A stretch of 63,646 nt of DNA, counting the filler, from Octopus bimaculoides (lineage: Eukaryota), in assembly GCF_001194135.2 (NCBI RefSeq). It is 5 parts of 5 records of this genome, joined end to end, with 100 filler letters (N's around TTAATTAATTAA, not from the genome) between each part and the next. Parts side by side here need not be neighbours in the genome. Positions count along the whole stretch, not along the records: positions 22,674 to 44,002 come from NC_068983.1; positions 44,103 to 54,705 come from NC_068986.1; 3 more parts are not named here. The stretch is one strand, 5' to 3'. Within the stretch, counting starts at the first letter, position 1. Every line of letters begins with the position of its first letter. The notes beneath the pieces were generated by a model. It was not told the DNA's origin, did no database searches, and worked only from the letters and a program-made list of their open reading frames with translations. Positions 37,610-51,960 of the stretch are shown in pieces. The position numbers and the translations under genes were made by a program.

Positions 37610-38369
37610 NNNNNNNNNNNNNNNNNNNNNNNNNNNNNNNNNNNNNNNNNNNNNNNNNNNNNNNNNNNNNNNNNNNNNNNNNNNNNNNNNNNNNNNNNNN
37701 NNNNNNNNNNNNNNNNNNNNNNNNNNNNNNNNNNNNNNNNNNNNNNNNNNNNNNNNNNNNNNNNNNNNNNNNNNNNNNNNNNNNNNNNNNNNNNNNNNNN
37801 NNNNNNNNNNNNNNNNNNNNNNNNNNNNNNNNNNNNNNNNNNNNNNNNNNNNNNNNNNNNNNNNNNNNNNNNNNNNNNNNNNNNNNNNNNNNNNNNNNTA
37901 TGTGTGTGTATCTTATATATATGTGTGTGTGTGTGTGTGTTTATGTATATATGCATGCATGTCTGTATGTATGTAGATATGTATGTATGTATGTATTATG
38001 TATGTATGTATGTGAATGTGTATACATATATCCGCACATATATAAGTATATATGTACACTTACACTCTTGCACATGCACGCATGCATATGTGTGCATATC
38101 TGCGTATGTGAATGTATGCATGTATCTATATATGCATGTGCGTATGTGTGCGTATGTGCATGCATGTATGTATGTATGTATGTATGTATGTATGTATGTA
38201 TGTATGTATTTGGACATCATGCTTGTGTACGCGCTCACAATTATCAGCTCCTGGGAAATTAGCCGGAAATACAAACGACAATTTTGTCCTGGAGTAGAAT
38301 AAATCAGATCTGCAGCCTCCTCTGTAATCCCAACATAAATAAATAGAGACCACCTCCACCACTTGCACA

Positions 38370-39030
38370 GCTATTGATACGAAAACATACGATTACCACC
38401 ACCAACACCAACATCATTACTACAACTAATACAACTTTCTCCTCTACCATCAGCACCAGCACCGCCACTTTCACCATCACCATCATTACTACCACCAATA
38501 CCAGAATCACTATTTACAACAGTACCGACGCCCACCACTATGTCCAACACCACCTTCCCAATAAACAGGAGTAGCACGGGTAGCACAAATCAGCGGTACC
38601 ATCACTGCTATCACCAACACTAATAATGGTTTCAAACTTTGGCACAAGGACAGTAATCTTGTGGGAGGGGTAAGTCAATTGCATCCACCCCAGTGCTCAA
38701 CTGGTACTCATTTTATGGACTCCGAAAGGATGAAAGGCAAAGTCGACCTGGGCGACGTTTGAACTCAGAACGTAAAGGCGGACGAAATACCGCTAAGCAT
38801 TTTGCCCGGCGTGCTAAAAGTACCGCCAGGTGTCTACCCTTCAACACAAATAATAACCACACCATCAACACGACCATTACCAGCACCATTGACATCAGCT
38901 CCAGTAACAGCAATACCATTGTAACCACTAATCAGCAACATCGCCACAACGACGAGCACCATCACTACCAACACCATGATAATCCCCTTCATTATCACCA
39001 CCACCAACCACACACCTACATACCACTATC
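38370..39030. repeat. (ACC/CAT)-rich low-complexity tract interrupted by a minus-strand SINE B (38625-38830)
   Basis: Direct. Confidence 0.8.
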
Positions 39031-39233
39031 CACAAAATTCTTAAACGGTGGAAGTTCCCATGATTCTTAGCAGAGAAGAGAATGATAGAAAGAGACCCCT
39101 TTTTAATTTCTTTTTTTATTATTATTGTTCTTTCTAGGAGAGTTGGGACGTTTAATTTTTCTTTTATTTTCGTTATTGCATAGCGTCCATATACATTTAT
39201 TTATTAATTTATTGCCAATACACACACACACAC

Positions 39234-39235
<2 letters not shown>

Positions 39236-39286
<51 letters not shown>

Positions 39287-39287
39287 C

Positions 39288-39342
<55 letters not shown>
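39236..39342. repeat. (GATA)n microsatellite
   Basis: Direct. Confidence 0.95.
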
Positions 39343-41058
39343 TTAGATCTGTATGTAGTCAGAGATACCAGTATGTAAGTTTATATTTCTGCTTGTCAAA
39401 AGAAGTGTATATACGTAGATGACTAGCATTATATGTGGGCAAGAAATACGAGTCTCAAAGTTCAATCCCGTAAGAAAAGACACTTCACAACAAATATCTT
39501 CAATGCCAACAAATATAAAAAATATTGACTGTTCAAAGAGTGGTTTTATTGCTGGCGTCTTCAGTCTCAACATTATATAATCTATGTCTAAAAAAAATCG
39601 GACAAGTTAAGTAATTCAGTTACTTACATCTTCGAAATCAGTCAGTAAAGACAAGCTGTTCTGTCTAATGATGAGATTTTACTTCAAAAAGTTTTCTCAA
39701 AATTTTAGTATTTAAAATATATTATTCTTGTAACAAAGTTATTGTAAACTGTATCGAACTTAATCACACTGACTTAGGTAGATAAATTATGACAAAGATC
39801 AATAAAACCATGTTTTATATAGAAAAGCAATGAGTTGGCAAGCTGCAGAAATAATTAATTTCATTATTAACATTTTGTAACTAAGCTTTGAAAATAAACT
39901 GGAAATTCTCTTGTTTTGAGTTTTCTCCGCTTATATCCTTTTCACGTGATTATATTTTCCTCCAGACGTTTATATAGTTTATCCCCTCCCTTCCACACAC
40001 ATAAAAATGTATTTTCTTACTTTACATGTATATAGACTAAATATATTATTTATCTAAAAGTTTGACTTGGGAAACCTTCATTTTGTTAACTATTCTAAGA
40101 ACTTGATTGGACGATACTTCACTGATACGGTATATACTAAACAGAAGCATATCCTGATTTGTTATAGCATTTCCGAACTTCCTTAATCACCATTGCAACC
40201 GCACATCTTTCAGATTTTCTTAAAAAATAGACAGAGAGTTCACTGAAAGTAAAAACAGCATCACGAAGAGACTGCCATTCTGAAATATATTTCTGTGATA
40301 CTGCATCCTGTCAGTGTATTTAATTTCAGAATGATAGCCGAGGAAGAAGCCAAGTTGTCTATAGCCTTGATATTGGTATCTGGACCTTTAACAAGTCAAA
40401 GGACCTCCAGCATCCACGATCTGATGACGTCATCCATAGTGCAATCTGTTTTCAAACACGTTGTCTAAGAGGAAATATTTCTCCCGGGATTATTTTCACA
40501 GAGAAAGGCCTTCATACATTCGACTGCACACGAATGTACTAAATATCACTGGACTTGAATATGTTTCATTCAAGGCTGCTTCGTATGACTCTGCTTAATC
40601 AATTCTTGCTTCAGCAAGTGTTACTCACGCCATGAAATTTATTGTTTACTGTTCTTATACATCAGAGCTATTGTTCTGATACAGCTGTGAACAAGAGATT
40701 CGGCATTTGTGGCTCATTTCACGTCACAAGTTGAAATGCATGCATCCCATGATTCGATGATATCATTCATAACTCAATGAGTTTTCATATACGTTGTCTA
40801 AGGGGAAATATTTCTCTCGAAAATATTTCGCAGCGAAAGTTCCTCCCATGTCCGAGTGGACACGATGTGTTAAATCTCATCATGTGTTAAATATCAACCT
40901 ACATGCGTATATTTTATTCAATGCTGCTTCATACGACTTTGTTAGATGAATGTAATATAATAAACAATATAGCATTACATAATATATATATACAAACTAA
41001 TACACCTGCTTGTTGTTCCTACACTTGTCTTCGTCTTTTGTTTTCTGTAAATTTGAAC

Positions 41059-41090
<32 letters not shown>

Positions 41091-41639
41091 CGTATATATA
41101 TGTTAGGATCCACAATGAGCAGAACTTACTTGCAGGTATTGGTAGTGCAAATCAGAGGTGCAATCTGTGTGGGTGTTTTTTCAAAACACTGTCTGGTTTA
41201 AAAAGCCACATCAGACGCCATGAAAGGGCTAAGGTGAAGGTGCAGGAGGTGGTCAAACTCTGTTTAAGGAGTAGACAACCACCATATACACACGTACATA
41301 TACATGCACACACACACACACAACTAACCACCCGCGCGCACACACTTGCGTGCTTATTCATAGATATAAGTGCATTCACAAAGCCCTACACAGGCCACAA
41401 AAATTTTACAAATTATATAGAGAATAACAGCTTGATGGATGTATGTGTAAGTTTGCGTGAGAAAATGTCTTGCTCATGTTAATAAACCAAACGTTATTCA
41501 TGATATCCATCATATCTAATCTCATGCTGTAAACACGAAATAAACGGCTATTATCGTAAACACTCGACATGGTAAATACATATCGCTTACATAAACAGAA
41601 ATATACAGAAGTATGCTTGAACATATATATCTGAAAGAT

Positions 41640-42830
41640 ATCAACCTCATAAGAATGAAATGTACGATTTTGAACTGATAGTTTATTTTACTTTATCTCA
41701 ACAAAAAACAATACAGTTAATCAAAGTATGCACCTAAATTATCAACACAATTTTGCCATTTTATTCTGGAGAGCAAGAGGTGATGAAATCACCAAAAACT
41801 ATTTTTGCATCTTCTTCACATTTGAAGGTTTTTCCTTAGAAAAAGTTGTCTAATGCCTGGAAGACGTGATAGTCAGTTGGTGCAAGTTCTAGTGAATATG
41901 ATGGATGACAAAGTACTTCCAGGTTCAGTTCCTGTAATTTGAGTAGTGTTCTTTGTGCAACATGTAGTCGAGCAAGAGAATTGGCCTGTTTCTATTGACC
42001 AATCTCGGTTGTTTAATGGCAAGTTCACTTATCATTTCATCCAATTGGTTGATGTATACATTCGCTGTAATTCAATTACTAGGTCTTATGAAGTTGTAGT
42101 GGATGACATCAGCGCTGGACTACCAAACAGACACCATTAACTTTTTTTAGTGCATATTCTTTTTTGGATTGTGCTTTGGCACTTCGTCACTATCCAACCA
42201 CCGTGCAGAACGCTTGCTCTTGTTGAAAAGAATCAATGTTTTCTCACACGTAACAATACGATGCAAAAATGGTTCGCTTTTATGCCATGACAGCAAAGAA
42301 CAGCAAGTTCCAAGACATGTCATTTGATGCTCGTTTAGTTCATGTGGTACCCACTTGTCTAGCTTCTTTACCTTGCCAATTTGTTTCAGATAATCCAATA
42401 CAGTTGGAATTGAAACGTCAAACCTTGTTGCTAACTCACGCTTAGTTTGAGAGGTATCCGCTTCCACTACAGTTTCCAGCTCATCATTATCCACCTTGGT
42501 CTCAGGTCTACCACGGGGCTAGTTTTCAAGAGTAAAATCACCAGAGCGGAACTTCTCAAACCATCGACGTACAGTGCGCTCATTCACCACATCTTCACCA
42601 AACACCTCATTGGTGTTTCGAGCTGCCTGGAATACATTGGTTCCACGACGTATTCATAAGCAACAGGAATTTTTTATCTATCCATGGGTTCACAAAAATT
42701 GAGTTACAAGAGAAAACTCATAATATAATCAGACACCAGGAATTGCATTTCGAAAAGTGATGTAACTCTTCAATGATGTTAAACCAATTATTGTCAGGAT
42801 AAAATATTTGAGTTAATGAAAAAGACTAGA
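41640..42830 (-). mobile_element. Near full-length degenerate mariner transposon
   Basis: DNDELETVVEADTSQTKRELATRFDVSIPTVLDYLKQIGKVKKLDKWVPHELNEHQ...EPFLHRIVTCEK...KKLMVSVW...RPILLLD; WVPHEL is the mariner signature; stops and frameshifts. Confidence 0.92.
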
Positions 42831-44101
42831 CCCTAAGTGTCTACTTCCGTGCGTATTTTGTACGAGTATGCTAGCGTGTGTGTTTGCCAGTATGTCTTCA
42901 TATGTTTGTTTGCGCGTGTTTATATATTTTTTTATTTATATGAATGTGTGTTTGAGAGTCTGTGATCCGAGTGTATACTTGTGCAAGTTTATGTCTGGCT
43001 GCGTAGGTGTGTTTGTGTATATAAAAAAGGAGGGAAAATAGAAAGGGAGTGGGCGAGAAAGACAGAGGAAGGAATAAAGAAAGCAAGAGAGGGGAGATGA
43101 ACAAGCAGTGTCTGATGTACATGAGAAGACGAAGCAGAAGTTGAAGGGCAGAAACGGTCACACTTGGATTGGTCAGCAAGGTCATGGTTGGTCTGCTGCT
43201 AAATTGATACTGGATGGAAATGTAATCATGGGGTGTTCATTGTTCCGTGACTGGTTAGAGCACGTCACTGAGGACTTTGCGTGTGGGTGCGTGTGTATGT
43301 ATGCATATGTGCGCACGTGTATGTGTGTATGAGTTGTGTGAGTGTATGTCTGAGTGATGTGTGTGTATGTGTGTGTATGTGTGGGTATGTGTGTGTGTGG
43401 AAAGTGTATGCGAATGTGCATGGGAGGTTTATGCGTGATGTATTGTGTTTAGAGAATTGTACATGACAAATTACGTGAAAGTGTATAAAGAGGGATTATT
43501 TATGTCACGTGGTGTATGAGTGTATGAGTGTGAAAGGATTCACAGAGGAAACTTACAATGGCACATAGTGTGTATGCCTATAAGTTTATATATGTGTAGA
43601 TACGAATGTGTTTAGGGGAATTGAACGTAGCATGCGATATGTGTGTGAGTGTATACAGGAAGATGTGTAGAAAAATTTCTGTGGGGAGGGGGTCCGTGAG
43701 AAAGAAAGAGTATGTGTGTGTGTGTATGTTGTAAACGTGCGTATCAGTGTTTATATGCGAGCATGTATGTTTACATATGTGTTTATGTGTGTAGGTCTAT
43801 GAGTGTGCTGGTGCAGGGGTATGATAACCTGTTCGTGTATATAAATCCATATGTCTCTTAATGAGCTTCATCATAATAAAATTTATCTACTGTGAATCGA
43901 GATTGACGTAGTTCGATGTATCACAAATAAAACTTACGTAATGTAGCAGACCCATAGACACAATACCATACAGAGAGATACACTCATATATATATATATA
44001 TANNNNNNNNNNNNNNNNNNNNNNNNNNNNNNNNNNNNNNNNNNNNTTAATTAATTAANNNNNNNNNNNNNNNNNNNNNNNNNNNNNNNNNNNNNNNNNN
44101 N

Positions 44102-44360
44102 NGGCTGGCATGGGTTGGATAGTTCAACTGAAAAGCTGCACAAGGTTACAATTTGATTTTACTGATTTCTCCAGTTGGACGCCCTTCCTAATGCCAACCA
44201 CTCCAAGAGTGTTATGGGCGCCTTTTATGGGCCACTGGCATGGGTGCCAGTTGCGAAACACTGGCATCGGCCATGACTATGATCTCACTTGGCTTGACAG
44301 ATCTTCTCAAGCATGGGATATTGCCAAAGGTCTCTGTCACTTGTCACTGCCTCCGTGCGA
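44102..44360 (-). mobile_element. RTE-clade LINE 3' end
   Basis: RTEAVTSDRDLWQYPMLEKICQAK* then a 3'UTR ending ...ccaacccatgccagcc; same family as 62005-62540. Confidence 0.75.
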
Positions 44361-44464
44361 TCCAAAATTCAAAGGATACTTTTTAGGTGCCAGCCATGCA
44401 ACACTGGCATCAGTCATGACAGGCACACATGTGGTAAGCTTCCATACAGTTTCCTTATACCAGG

Positions 44465-44575
44465 TTCATTCACAATGTACTGTTTGGCCCAGGGCTATAG
44501 TAGAAGACATTTGCCCAAGGTGCCATGCAGTGGGACTGAACCCAAAACTACATGGGTTTCTTAACCACACAGCCT
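44465..44575 (-). mobile_element. SINE family A head
   Basis: ctatagtagaagacatttgcccaaggtgccatgcagtgggactgaaccc. Confidence 0.8.
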
Positions 44576-44869
44576 AACTAAAGTGTAGTAAGAAGAGGAA
44601 GGGACCAGAAAGGAGAGCTAGTAAAGAAACAGTTTCAGAAAGAATGGGGAGGATGAAAGACAGTTGTGTTAGGTGAGGCAGAGTGAAGTTGACAGCAAGA
44701 AAACAAAAGAGTAAGTACAAGGAAGAGGAAACAATGATGGCAAGAGAGAAATGACATGTCAGTTTTGGAGAATTGAGATTTTCTCCCTTTCCTTTAGAAT
44801 TGGTACCAAGCAAAGATAATTTCAATAAACTGAGAATTTATTTTGTAAGTTATCTATCATTAAAAGTGT

Positions 44870-45025
44870 AGGCATGGCTGTGTGGTAAGAAGCTTGCTTC
44901 CCATTCACATAGTTCTGGGTTCAGTCCCACTGTAAGCATCTTGGGTAAGTGTCTTCTACTATAACCTCAGGTCAACCAAAGCGTTGTGATTTGGTAGATG
45001 GCAACTGAAAGAAGCCTGTCGTATA
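44870..45025 (+). mobile_element. SINE family A 5' half
   Basis: ggcatggctgtgtggtaagaagcttgcttccc...gaaagaagcctgtcgtata. Confidence 0.85.
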
Positions 45026-45400
45026 TGGATATATGTCGTTGCTATTATGTAAAATTGTCGTAGGTCCAAATTTGGCCAAATGCGTTATTTTCAGTATTTA
45101 TTTTTGCTTGCAACAGCCGGTTCTTTTTACCTGTTTGAGCAAATGGACAGTCTTGGAGAATAATGACTTGATGACAAAAATGAGGTGGAGGTGGCTGTGT
45201 AAAAGTAGACAACAGTACACACCTTTATGTTTTTCCTAAGGGATGTAAGAGTTGGGTTCAAAGATGGTGCAAATGCAATTGCTCATGATGAAAACTATGT
45301 TCATTATAGTGGAAGATAATTACCAACATGTGCAATTTGAATGGCGTGTCAGTTAATAAAAATGTTATGCCCACTTTTGCATTACTTTCAGTGCAATATA

Positions 45401-45695
45401 TATATTCGTTGTGTCTGGGGAAAGTCAATCTCTTTTAGTGCTTTACTCACCAGTAAAGTTTCCACTCATTTATTTTTCTAAAATTTTCATTGCATCTTGC
45501 AACCTTTTCAATATTCGTTGACTAATAGTCAACGACTATTGAAAAGTTTGAAACAGTTGCAACAACTATTGCAAAGGTTGCAAGATGCAATGAAAATTCT
45601 AGAAAAATAAATAAGTAAATGAGTGAAAACTTTACCAGTGAAGGTTAAATAAGGCACTAAAAGAGAATAACTCTCCCCAGACACAACAAAATATA
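45401..45695. repeat. Foldback/MITE-like palindromic element
   Basis: 45401-45506 is inverted against 45574-45695; inner hairpin tcgttgacta-a-tagtcaacga centred at about 45524. Confidence 0.85.
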
Positions 45696-45864
45696 CTTCA
45701 ACACACGAACTCACATAAAGGATTTTGCAAACCAAATCCCAAAACGAAGTATATATAAATATATAAATATTGGAAGAAAAAAAAAGGGATTTAAAAAATC
45801 CTGGCAAATATCAATAACGTACTCAGTATTAAAAGAATTTGGCTACCAATGCTCAACAATCATG

Positions 45865-46030
<166 letters not shown>

Positions 46031-47827
46031 GGGTGGATAAAGATGGATGGATGGATGGGCAGACAGATGGATAGATATAAAGACAAACGCCAAAAGAGGT
46101 CAGGATAAAAATAAATTGAGGGGGAAAATTATTAAATAAAATGTTAGGAGAAAGAAAGTGGAGATGAAGATTATAAGAGAGACAAGTTGTTATACAGAGG
46201 GTAAATTAGAAAGATGGAGGATGAGAAATAGGAGAAAAAGTGAGAAAGAGAATCAGAGAGTCCAGTTAAAACAATGGAGTTAAAAGTCCAAACACATCAG
46301 CCATTTGTGAAATAACAGTCAGAGTAGTGCAAACATAAAAATGCACTTATTTTTACACCTAAACAATGTGCAGTTCTAAACATGTCCAGAGCAATTTTCA
46401 ATATTTCAGCAATGTTTGTAGATACAAACACACATACATACTTTCCTCAATGCTACACACACACACACACACTACCACCACCATGGGTACATACATACAA
46501 ACACATGGGGTGGTATGGAGTATATTACTACAAATACATACTATTATTATACACACACCACTACACACAAACATACACTACCACCTCACCACATGCACTA
46601 CTACTGCACACACAACATTCAATATAATAAACATCAAATACCTTTTTCACTCGACACAAGAAACATAAGTCAACAAGTGAGCTTTGAGAGGTCACCTGGT
46701 TTGCTAGAAATAATTGTCAAACCTCTCAAATCACAGCCTACCAACTGTTAATAAAGGGGAAAAAAAACAATGTAATATAGTACAATGTATGAAAAAGAGA
46801 AAAAAAACCTTTGAGATGGTCATGGCTAGAATACTTGATCATAAGTCTGTCAAATTAGTGCTGACCTAGGGCTAAATGCCATGTCTTGTTTGTCATGGCT
46901 GCTCATGTGGAACCCCTCAGTTGTTGACATTCTAATTTATGAATGAAAACAAAAAACGGTGTAAAGTAAGTTTCCCATCTGGTTGCTATTAGCAACATAT
47001 TGTTTACTATGTTCCAGGTCAAACAGTACATGGCTTGGGGCACTGAAAACTAATGGAAGAATTTAAAGACTGAACTGAATCGTTAATGTGGTTGTTAAAC
47101 TCCTTGTCAGAATGTCTTTGTAAAACTTACATCAACACTATATACCTCTACATATACAATATATACATCTACACTACAACGTCTGCATATGCACTTTATA
47201 CACCCACACAACAACGTTAAATTTATATTATTTACACTTCCAGCACTTTATGTTCAGAGTTCTAATCCCACTGAAGTCAAGTTAATTTTTTATCCTCTTA
47301 GGGATCAATAATATAAGTACCAGTTAAGCATTGGAGTGAATGCAGTCAACTTCCACCCATCCCCTAAACTTGCTGGCTTTGTACTGAAATTTGAAACTTA
47401 TTTACATCAACTCCACAATATCTACATTCATAGTACACTATTTACATCAGCACAATATTTACATCTTCAATCCAGTATTTACATTCAAACTATCACAATT
47501 CCATCAACACTACAAGGTTTATGTCTACTCATTTATTGCAATCTATTACACTCTTTCTGCATAAATCTCAGAAGTTTTGCCCACTGCCCTTTCTGACCAT
47601 CTTAATATGACTGAATGAGGTTATCATGATTAATATCTGGCTTGAACTGACAGTATTGGTGTGGCAGGAATGATAAAATGTTGAACTCATTTTCTTGAAG
47701 CATTTAGTTACTTCTCTCACTATATTCTGAGATTTGATCTCATGACGAAACTACTGGGCTCCCTTTCCAGAACAGAGTTAAGAACATTGCATTTTTCATA
47801 AGTGGCTGTAAATTATGTGTCATCTAT

Positions 47828-48270
47828 CTACTTCTTCTTTCTTGCCTTTAACCCCCCAACGCGGAGTATAGGCCACTTATAATTGAATTCCATGTCACAT
47901 AATTTTTCGCTTCTGTACTTATAATCTGCCATGAATGTCCATCTACGCCACGAGTTCTTAGGCCTACCCCTCTTTCTATATCCATCCGGATTCCACTGTA
48001 AAGCACTTTTTGCTACATTTGGTGTGTCTTTTCTAATTGTGCTACCAATCCACTTCCACTTTTTCTTAAATATTTGCTCCCTAATCGAAACTGGATTCAT
48101 TCTTTGCCATAGCTCCATATTGCTTGTGTTCAGGCCATCTGATTTTAAGTATACTACGCAAGCACCTGTTAATAAAAGACCTACCTACCTAAAAGTGAAA
48201 ACCACTACCACATTCCTATGCACCTATAATTCAAAAGTAATGAACACCTCTATGAGCAAGTAATGAAATG
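47828..48270 (-). mobile_element. RTE-clade LINE 3' end (second family)
   Basis: SNMELWQRMNPVSIREQIFKKKWKWIGSTIRKDTPNVAKSALQWNPDGYRKRGRPKNSWRR matches RTE W.WIGH.LR...ALEWNP.G.R.RGRP..TWRR; short (AAG)n tail. Confidence 0.88.
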
Positions 48271-48874
48271 TGAAACTACTCAAGTTAGTCTGTCCATTCT
48301 CCTGAGAGCCTTGAGGTTTAACCATGACTATATGTATGCTTATTATAGCCATGCAAATAAAGATTCACAAACTTATTCACAAAAATGCTATCTCAGCACT
48401 TCAACACATACACATGTAAGTAATGTTCTAGCATATTCTGTTTATAAATTATCTACACAGCCTTTCAAACAGAGGATATTTATTTTATAATACAATGTTC
48501 CCGTTTTCCTCACAATAAACTTTAGTACATCCTGACATGCTGTTTACCCAACATTATGTCATTATCAATAAAGACATTTCTTACATTACATGCAGTGTCT
48601 TGGGTACAATAGATTAGAAGAATTACATTGGAGGAAACATGTCCTCCACAAGGTAATAAATTAACAGGAAGAAGGCATACTAACAAACGAGATACTGAAC
48701 ATGGAGAGAGTGTCTAGGGGGAATAAACAAAATAAAAAGATAAGATTAAGTATATACAGTATCTTATATATTATGTATAGCTATCTATCTATATACATAT
48801 ATATTCTGCCAGTTCACTGCCTTTAGAAAAATAATTGTTTATACATACATATATGATTCTTCAAGCTTGCTACT

Positions 48875-49265
48875 TCTATAATTTTGGCATAAAGCAAGCA
48901 ATTTAAGTAAGGAAGGAGTTGGTGAATAACATTAACCCCAGTGCTTGGCTGGTACTTTGTTTTATCAATTCCAAATGAATAAAAGGAAAAATTGACCTTG
49001 GCAGGACTTGAACCCGGAATGTAAGAAGCCAGAAGAAATAGTAAACATCTTGCTTTAATAATGGTTTGAAATTTCGGCACATTTCAGAGGAGAGGGTAGG
49101 TTGATTACATTGACCCCCAGTACTCAACTGGTACTTATTTTATTGACCCTGAACGGATGACAGGCAAGGTCAACCTTGGCAGAATTTGAATTCAGAACAT
49201 AAAGATGGACAAGAAGCCACTAAGCATTTTGTCGAGTGTACTAGCAATTCTGCCAACTCACTGTG
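48875..49265 (-). mobile_element. Two tandem family B SINEs
   Basis: Repeated cagtactcaactggtacttattttattgacc...caaggtcaaccttggcagaatttgaa motifs. Confidence 0.8.
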
Positions 49266-49663
49266 TTGCTGCTTTAACAATAATGAGATTATTGTATACA
49301 GTGTTGGGATAAAAGGAGGAATAGAAAGCAGCAATAAGTCAGGTAAAGTAAGACAGCAATGAAAGCCAAAAGTGCATATACAGTACACAGAATATAACAC
49401 AAAACAGAAAGTGAACAACAGAAGAGCCATGAAGAAGGGGTGCCCCCTAAATATACAACAGACACCAAAATCTATTGGCTAATGTACAATATTTTATTCA
49501 CTCAGCATGTGCACTTCAATATCACTTCCCAATACACACACAGTACTGCCATATCTAACAATATGAAAAACATTCAAGCCACTTTATCAATCAGATGTGT
49601 TATATATATATATATATATATACACACCCACACACACACACATACAGAGAGAGAGAGAAATAA

Positions 49664-49741
<78 letters not shown>

Positions 49742-51039
49742 AGAGAGAGAGCTGTATGCTTACTGTTGTCTTCTACATGCTATTCTGTTGTTATTGTAAA
49801 CAAACTGCCAGAATGACAGCAGATAGAACTGCAAACATTAAACAGATTCCTAATCTAAGGCAAAGGCAGACCATACCTGACCTTTTACTTTGGAACAGTG
49901 TAGGTTCTAAGGTAAACAACAAAATATGTCTATCACAGGCTAAATTACACAATAAGACTCACCACATCATGGCATCTTGTTTATTCATTAGCTAATATTG
50001 TCAGCCACAGGGTAATAAGAGATAACCCAAGGCATTAAAAGCAACAATATCTATGTCAGTACATAGGATGCTTCACCAATATCTACATCAGTGCCTTGTT
50101 TGTTGTTATTCAAATTTAGTTGAAGTTAAGTTTGCCTTTCCCATCCTTCCAGGGAGAAGTAACACTAATTGGATTGCATTCAATGTACACCTTCTCTCAT
50201 CCCAGTACAGATTATTTAACACAAAAGTTTATCAAAGGTTATCAAATAAAAACCAAAATTATTTTCTTTGTAGTATTTTGTACTAATTATTATAGGTACC
50301 AGTATCTGAAAGATAGTGTATTTGTGAACCGATGAGTATGAGTGTAGAATGGTTATACATTTTTTTTCATATAATTTAATTTCCTTTTTTGTATAACTTA
50401 TAGCTTACCTAACATATGACATACTGAATAGAGATTAGCCACATACTTCAGCCATGATTTAAAAAATACATGCTGCAATTGAAAAGATAAATATAGCTTG
50501 TCTTTTTATTTAATCATTGATAAAAAGAAAATATTTGAATTCCTAGCTTTATTAGTTTCCAAGATAAATTACTTAAATGTTTGTTCTGATATATCAAACA
50601 CCTGAAATGTTAGGGTAAATGAAGGTAGAGGTACAAAGACATTAGCTATTTATTATTGTTTGTAAGTAACGCTTGCCAGCATTTATGACCAGAGCTATGG
50701 CAAAGATAGCTGATAAAATAAAAAAAAGTGATCAACAGTTTCTAACCAAGCAGGCAGTCCCAAAATTTTAGATAGAGTATAGTGCAGTGTAGGCAAGTTT
50801 GTTGAGAGAGATTTAGTTTTACTGGACTAAACAGATTCGCTATGTTGGAAGCCATCTTGTTGATTGCTCTTTTTAAACAAATCATTTGAGCATTGTTTCT
50901 GATCATGGAGCAAGCTTAATATTGCAGCATTTTATCCAAGGAATTAGGCTTTCAAACAGAAGATATCCCCCATTTTAAAGAAAGTGAGAAGTTTGTTGCA
51001 ATATGTCAAGTAAAAATGTAGAAGCTACCTTGTAAGAAC

Positions 51040-51175
51040 TCCTGTTATACAAGGCATGCCTCTCATCCCTTTTGAGATCAATAAAATAAGTACCAGCTCA
51101 GCAGTGGGGTCGATGTAATCAACTTGTCTGCCTCCCCTGAAATTGCTGGCCTTGTGCCAAAATTTGAAACCAATG
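51040..51175 (+). mobile_element. SINE family B 3' half
   Basis: aagtaccagctcagcagtggggtcgatgtaatc...ggccttgtgccaaaatttgaaacc. Confidence 0.8.
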
Positions 51176-51629
51176 TTTTTATAGCCATGAGTGTCAATTT
51201 ATATTTGTAACATAATTTAAGACTTCAAATGTATGGTTCTTTCATATTTTAAAGATAAGAATTTATCAAGGTATATTTGATATATTTCTAAATTTTATGA
51301 GAAAGCACTCCTTCCTCTCAGATAAATACCTTTCTACCTGCCAAAAACCCATAACATGCAATTAATACTTTTTACAGGAAGAAAGAATAAGTTTTGCTTA
51401 AGAGATGAGCACATGGGCTACCTTGGATTGAAACCATGACAATGAAAAAATATGTAATTTCAACAATGCCACTTATACTAAAGAACATCAGGCAGCATAT
51501 TTTCCCTACTTGGCTCAGTTGTTGCTTAGCCTTCTTTTGATCAGATGTGCTTCAGTAATGACTATCCTATCTTTTATTCAGAACTAGTGTATCTAGGACA
51601 TTATCTAGGACAATATACTTAAGACAATC

Positions 51630-51960
51630 TTTTATTTTTTACTTGTTTTGGTCAAGATGGTACCATCATGACCCCAGTACTTGTTTCATTTCGAGTCTGG
51701 TACTTTTTCTGTCAGCCTCTTTTGAAACCAATAAGTCACAAGGGGGTAAACAAACCAACAGCAGTTGTCAAGTGGCAATAAGGAACACACACACACACAC
51801 ACACTGGGCTGCTTTCAGTTTCTTTCTACCAAATCTACTTACAAGGCTTTGATTGGCCTGGAGCTGTAGTAAAAGACACTCATGGTATCACACAGAGGGA
51901 CTGAACATGGAACCATGTGGCTGGAAGGCAAGTTTCTCAACCCCACAACCATGTTTGTTA
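51630..51960 (-). mobile_element. SINE family A, decayed full length
   Basis: Reverse head (gactgaacatggaaccatgtgg), central (CA)n, reverse tail. Confidence 0.7.

Noticed and set aside
45131-45194. 64-nt candidate minus-strand exon
   Set aside because: Weak GTAAAA donor, Ser-rich nondescript peptide, lies among repeat-like sequence.
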